A stretch of DNA of 64,000 nucleotides from NCBI GenBank assembly GCA_965226375.1, contig CBDDCX010000005.1, positions 160,001 through 224,000 on the forward strand, in the 5' to 3' direction. The notes beneath the pieces are model-generated. The model had not been told where the DNA came from. It worked only from the letters and a program-made list of their open reading frames with translations, and did not search any database. The stretch's first letter is position 1, and each line of letters starts with the position of its first letter. Position numbers and translations under genes: made by a program. The DNA comes from Longimicrobiales bacterium (GTDB lineage Bacteria > Gemmatimonadota > Gemmatimonadetes > Longimicrobiales > Gaopeijiaceae). Positions 62,666-64,000 of the stretch are shown in pieces.

Positions 62666-63748
62666 CTAGGCTCTTCCGATCGAGTCGAGAATCCAGCGTG
62701 CGGTCGGCTCACTGCCGTTCGTGAGCTTGGAAGGAACCGAATTCAAGGCCATGAGATCGTCGAGCCGATCGATCCAGGCCCCTGTGGAGTAGTCCGCCTG
62801 GAAAATCTCCAGGGACGGGATCTCGCTCCGGGCGAAGTCTTCTAGTGGACCCGTCTCGCGGAAGTCGCTCCGTCCCACGTAGCCCAGAGGCCTGCCAGCC
62901 GCCCACACCTCAGTCAACGTGCCGTATCCCAGCTTGGCGACGATCCAGTCGGAGGCTCGGATCAGGTCAGGCAAGAAGAGCCGTTCGGCGTTGTGAAAGA
63001 GCCGAAGGTTGCCTTCTCGTACCGTTTGCTCCGAGCCCGTCACCACGAAGGTTACGTCCTCCCGGCGCCGAAGCTCCCCGAGAAAGGGAAGGGGTTGGCC
63101 CACCCCCCCCATGGTGATCAGGACGAGCGGCACCTCGCCACCCACATGGAGCTCATCTCTCACATCCTGACGCTCCCGTCGCGGACGGCGGCTGATCGGC
63201 GGCACCACCAGGTCGGATTCGGCCAGGGTATCGCATCTCGGTCGAGCCTGGATGTGTTGGCCGGCTTCGCCGAATCGTGCCCGCATCCACTCCGCTATCG
63301 GGTCGAAGCGGGGGTCCTGGGCGATGAGGGGCTCGTCAAGCCAATCCCACGTGAAGTTCTCGACCAGAACCGAAGGGAGCTCCGCTCTCTCGGCCGCCAT
63401 CAGACCGAGAGGTGAGATATCACAAACCACAGCCGTGCATCCCAGCTCACTCAGCTGGCCGGCGAGTACCTCAGCCTCTTCCGGCGCCCGCGAGATGAAG
63501 GCCTCGACGGCCGTACAGGTTGCCCCGACATCGAACTCGAGAGGCGAGGTCTGGCTGAAGCCGACGTCCGCGGCGCAGGGATGGTGCTGAAACAGTCCCT
63601 CCAGCGAACCCCCGAAGAACCACTCCGGCACGGTGGTGAACAGGTCGAAGCAAATCGTCGGGTCCTGTGCGTGGAGCGCCTCCATCACGGCGGCCGACCG
63701 AGCCGCGTGTCCGAATCCGTGGGGTGAGATGAAGAAGGCGAGGCGCAC
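62666..63748 (-). CDS. GT-B fold protein resembling the N-terminal domain of plant L-arabinokinase
   Basis: ISPHGFGHAARS, NFTWDW and AKLGYGTLTE motifs. Confidence 0.75.
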   Translation of the reverse strand: MRLAFFISPHGFGHAARSAAVMEALHAQDPTICFDLFTTVPEWFFGGSLEGLFQHHPCAADVGFSQTSPLEFDVGATCTAVEAFISRAPEEAEVLAGQLSELGCTAVVCDISPLGLMAAERAELPSVLVENFTWDWLDEPLIAQDPRFDPIAEWMRARFGEAGQHIQARPRCDTLAESDLVVPPISRRPRRERQDVRDELHVGGEVPLVLITMGGVGQPLPFLGELRRREDVTFVVTGSEQTVREGNLRLFHNAERLFLPDLIRASDWIVAKLGYGTLTEVWAAGRPLGYVGRSDFRETGPLEDFARSEIPSLEIFQADYSTGAWIDRLDDLMALNSVPSKLTNGSEPTARWILDSIGRA

Positions 63749-63764
63749 GGTGTCTAGCGTAGGC

Positions 63765-64000
63765 TCAAGGAGAGGTGGCTGGAGCGGTATGAGGGGCTTG
63801 CGGAGCGTCCCGATCAAGACCCCGAGTCGATCTGCTCAACCATTCGCTGGAAGTCGGGACTGGTTTGCAGCGGCTCCCAAACGGGGTCCGTGGGAAGCCA
63901 CATCAGCGAGGGAGACCGGGCCTCGAACGCACTCTCCACCTGATAGACCTTGATGGGTTCGTCGATGCCCTTGGCTGTCCGTGTGCCACAGTCCGTGAGT
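63765..64000 (-). CDS. 3' end of a class III nucleotidyl cyclase-family gene fused directly to a TPR-protein tail (partial)
   Basis: Manual translation CGTRTAKGIDEPIKVYQV|ESAFEARSPSLMWLPTDPVWEPLQTSPDFQRMV. Confidence 0.6.

Overview
GC-rich bacterial chromosomal segment. The gene content (PadR + duplicated orphan ABC permeases, a VPS10/BNR protein, TolB-like/TPR proteins, many lineage-specific hypotheticals) suggests Gemmatimonadota or a similar lineage; this is inference. Core genes: GT9 heptosyltransferase, leuB-like dehydrogenase, pilT, thiolase, 3-hydroxybutyryl-CoA dehydrogenase, rpsU, ssb, enoyl-CoA hydratase and recF-DUF721-gyrB. They are followed by accessory transport and hydrolase genes, split AcnX subunits, an intact IS1595 and several pseudogenes. 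The best candidate for an undescribed system lies between rpsU and ssb (13.0-16.9 kb). Three uncharacterised genes share one helical domain (LRxxYxxYxxxQ...[LM]P[PS]F[DE]xWxxD[YF]), and two of them carry a second domain in swapped order (B-A, A-B, A alone). The locus also has a 303-aa orphan, a small RHH-like protein behind an AT-rich palindrome-rich promoter, and two predicted tail-to-tail small RNAs, each with its own promoter and terminator. No tRNA, rRNA or CRISPR array was seen. Several duplications and deletions could be real genome decay or assembly artefacts. All calls are by eye, without database searches.
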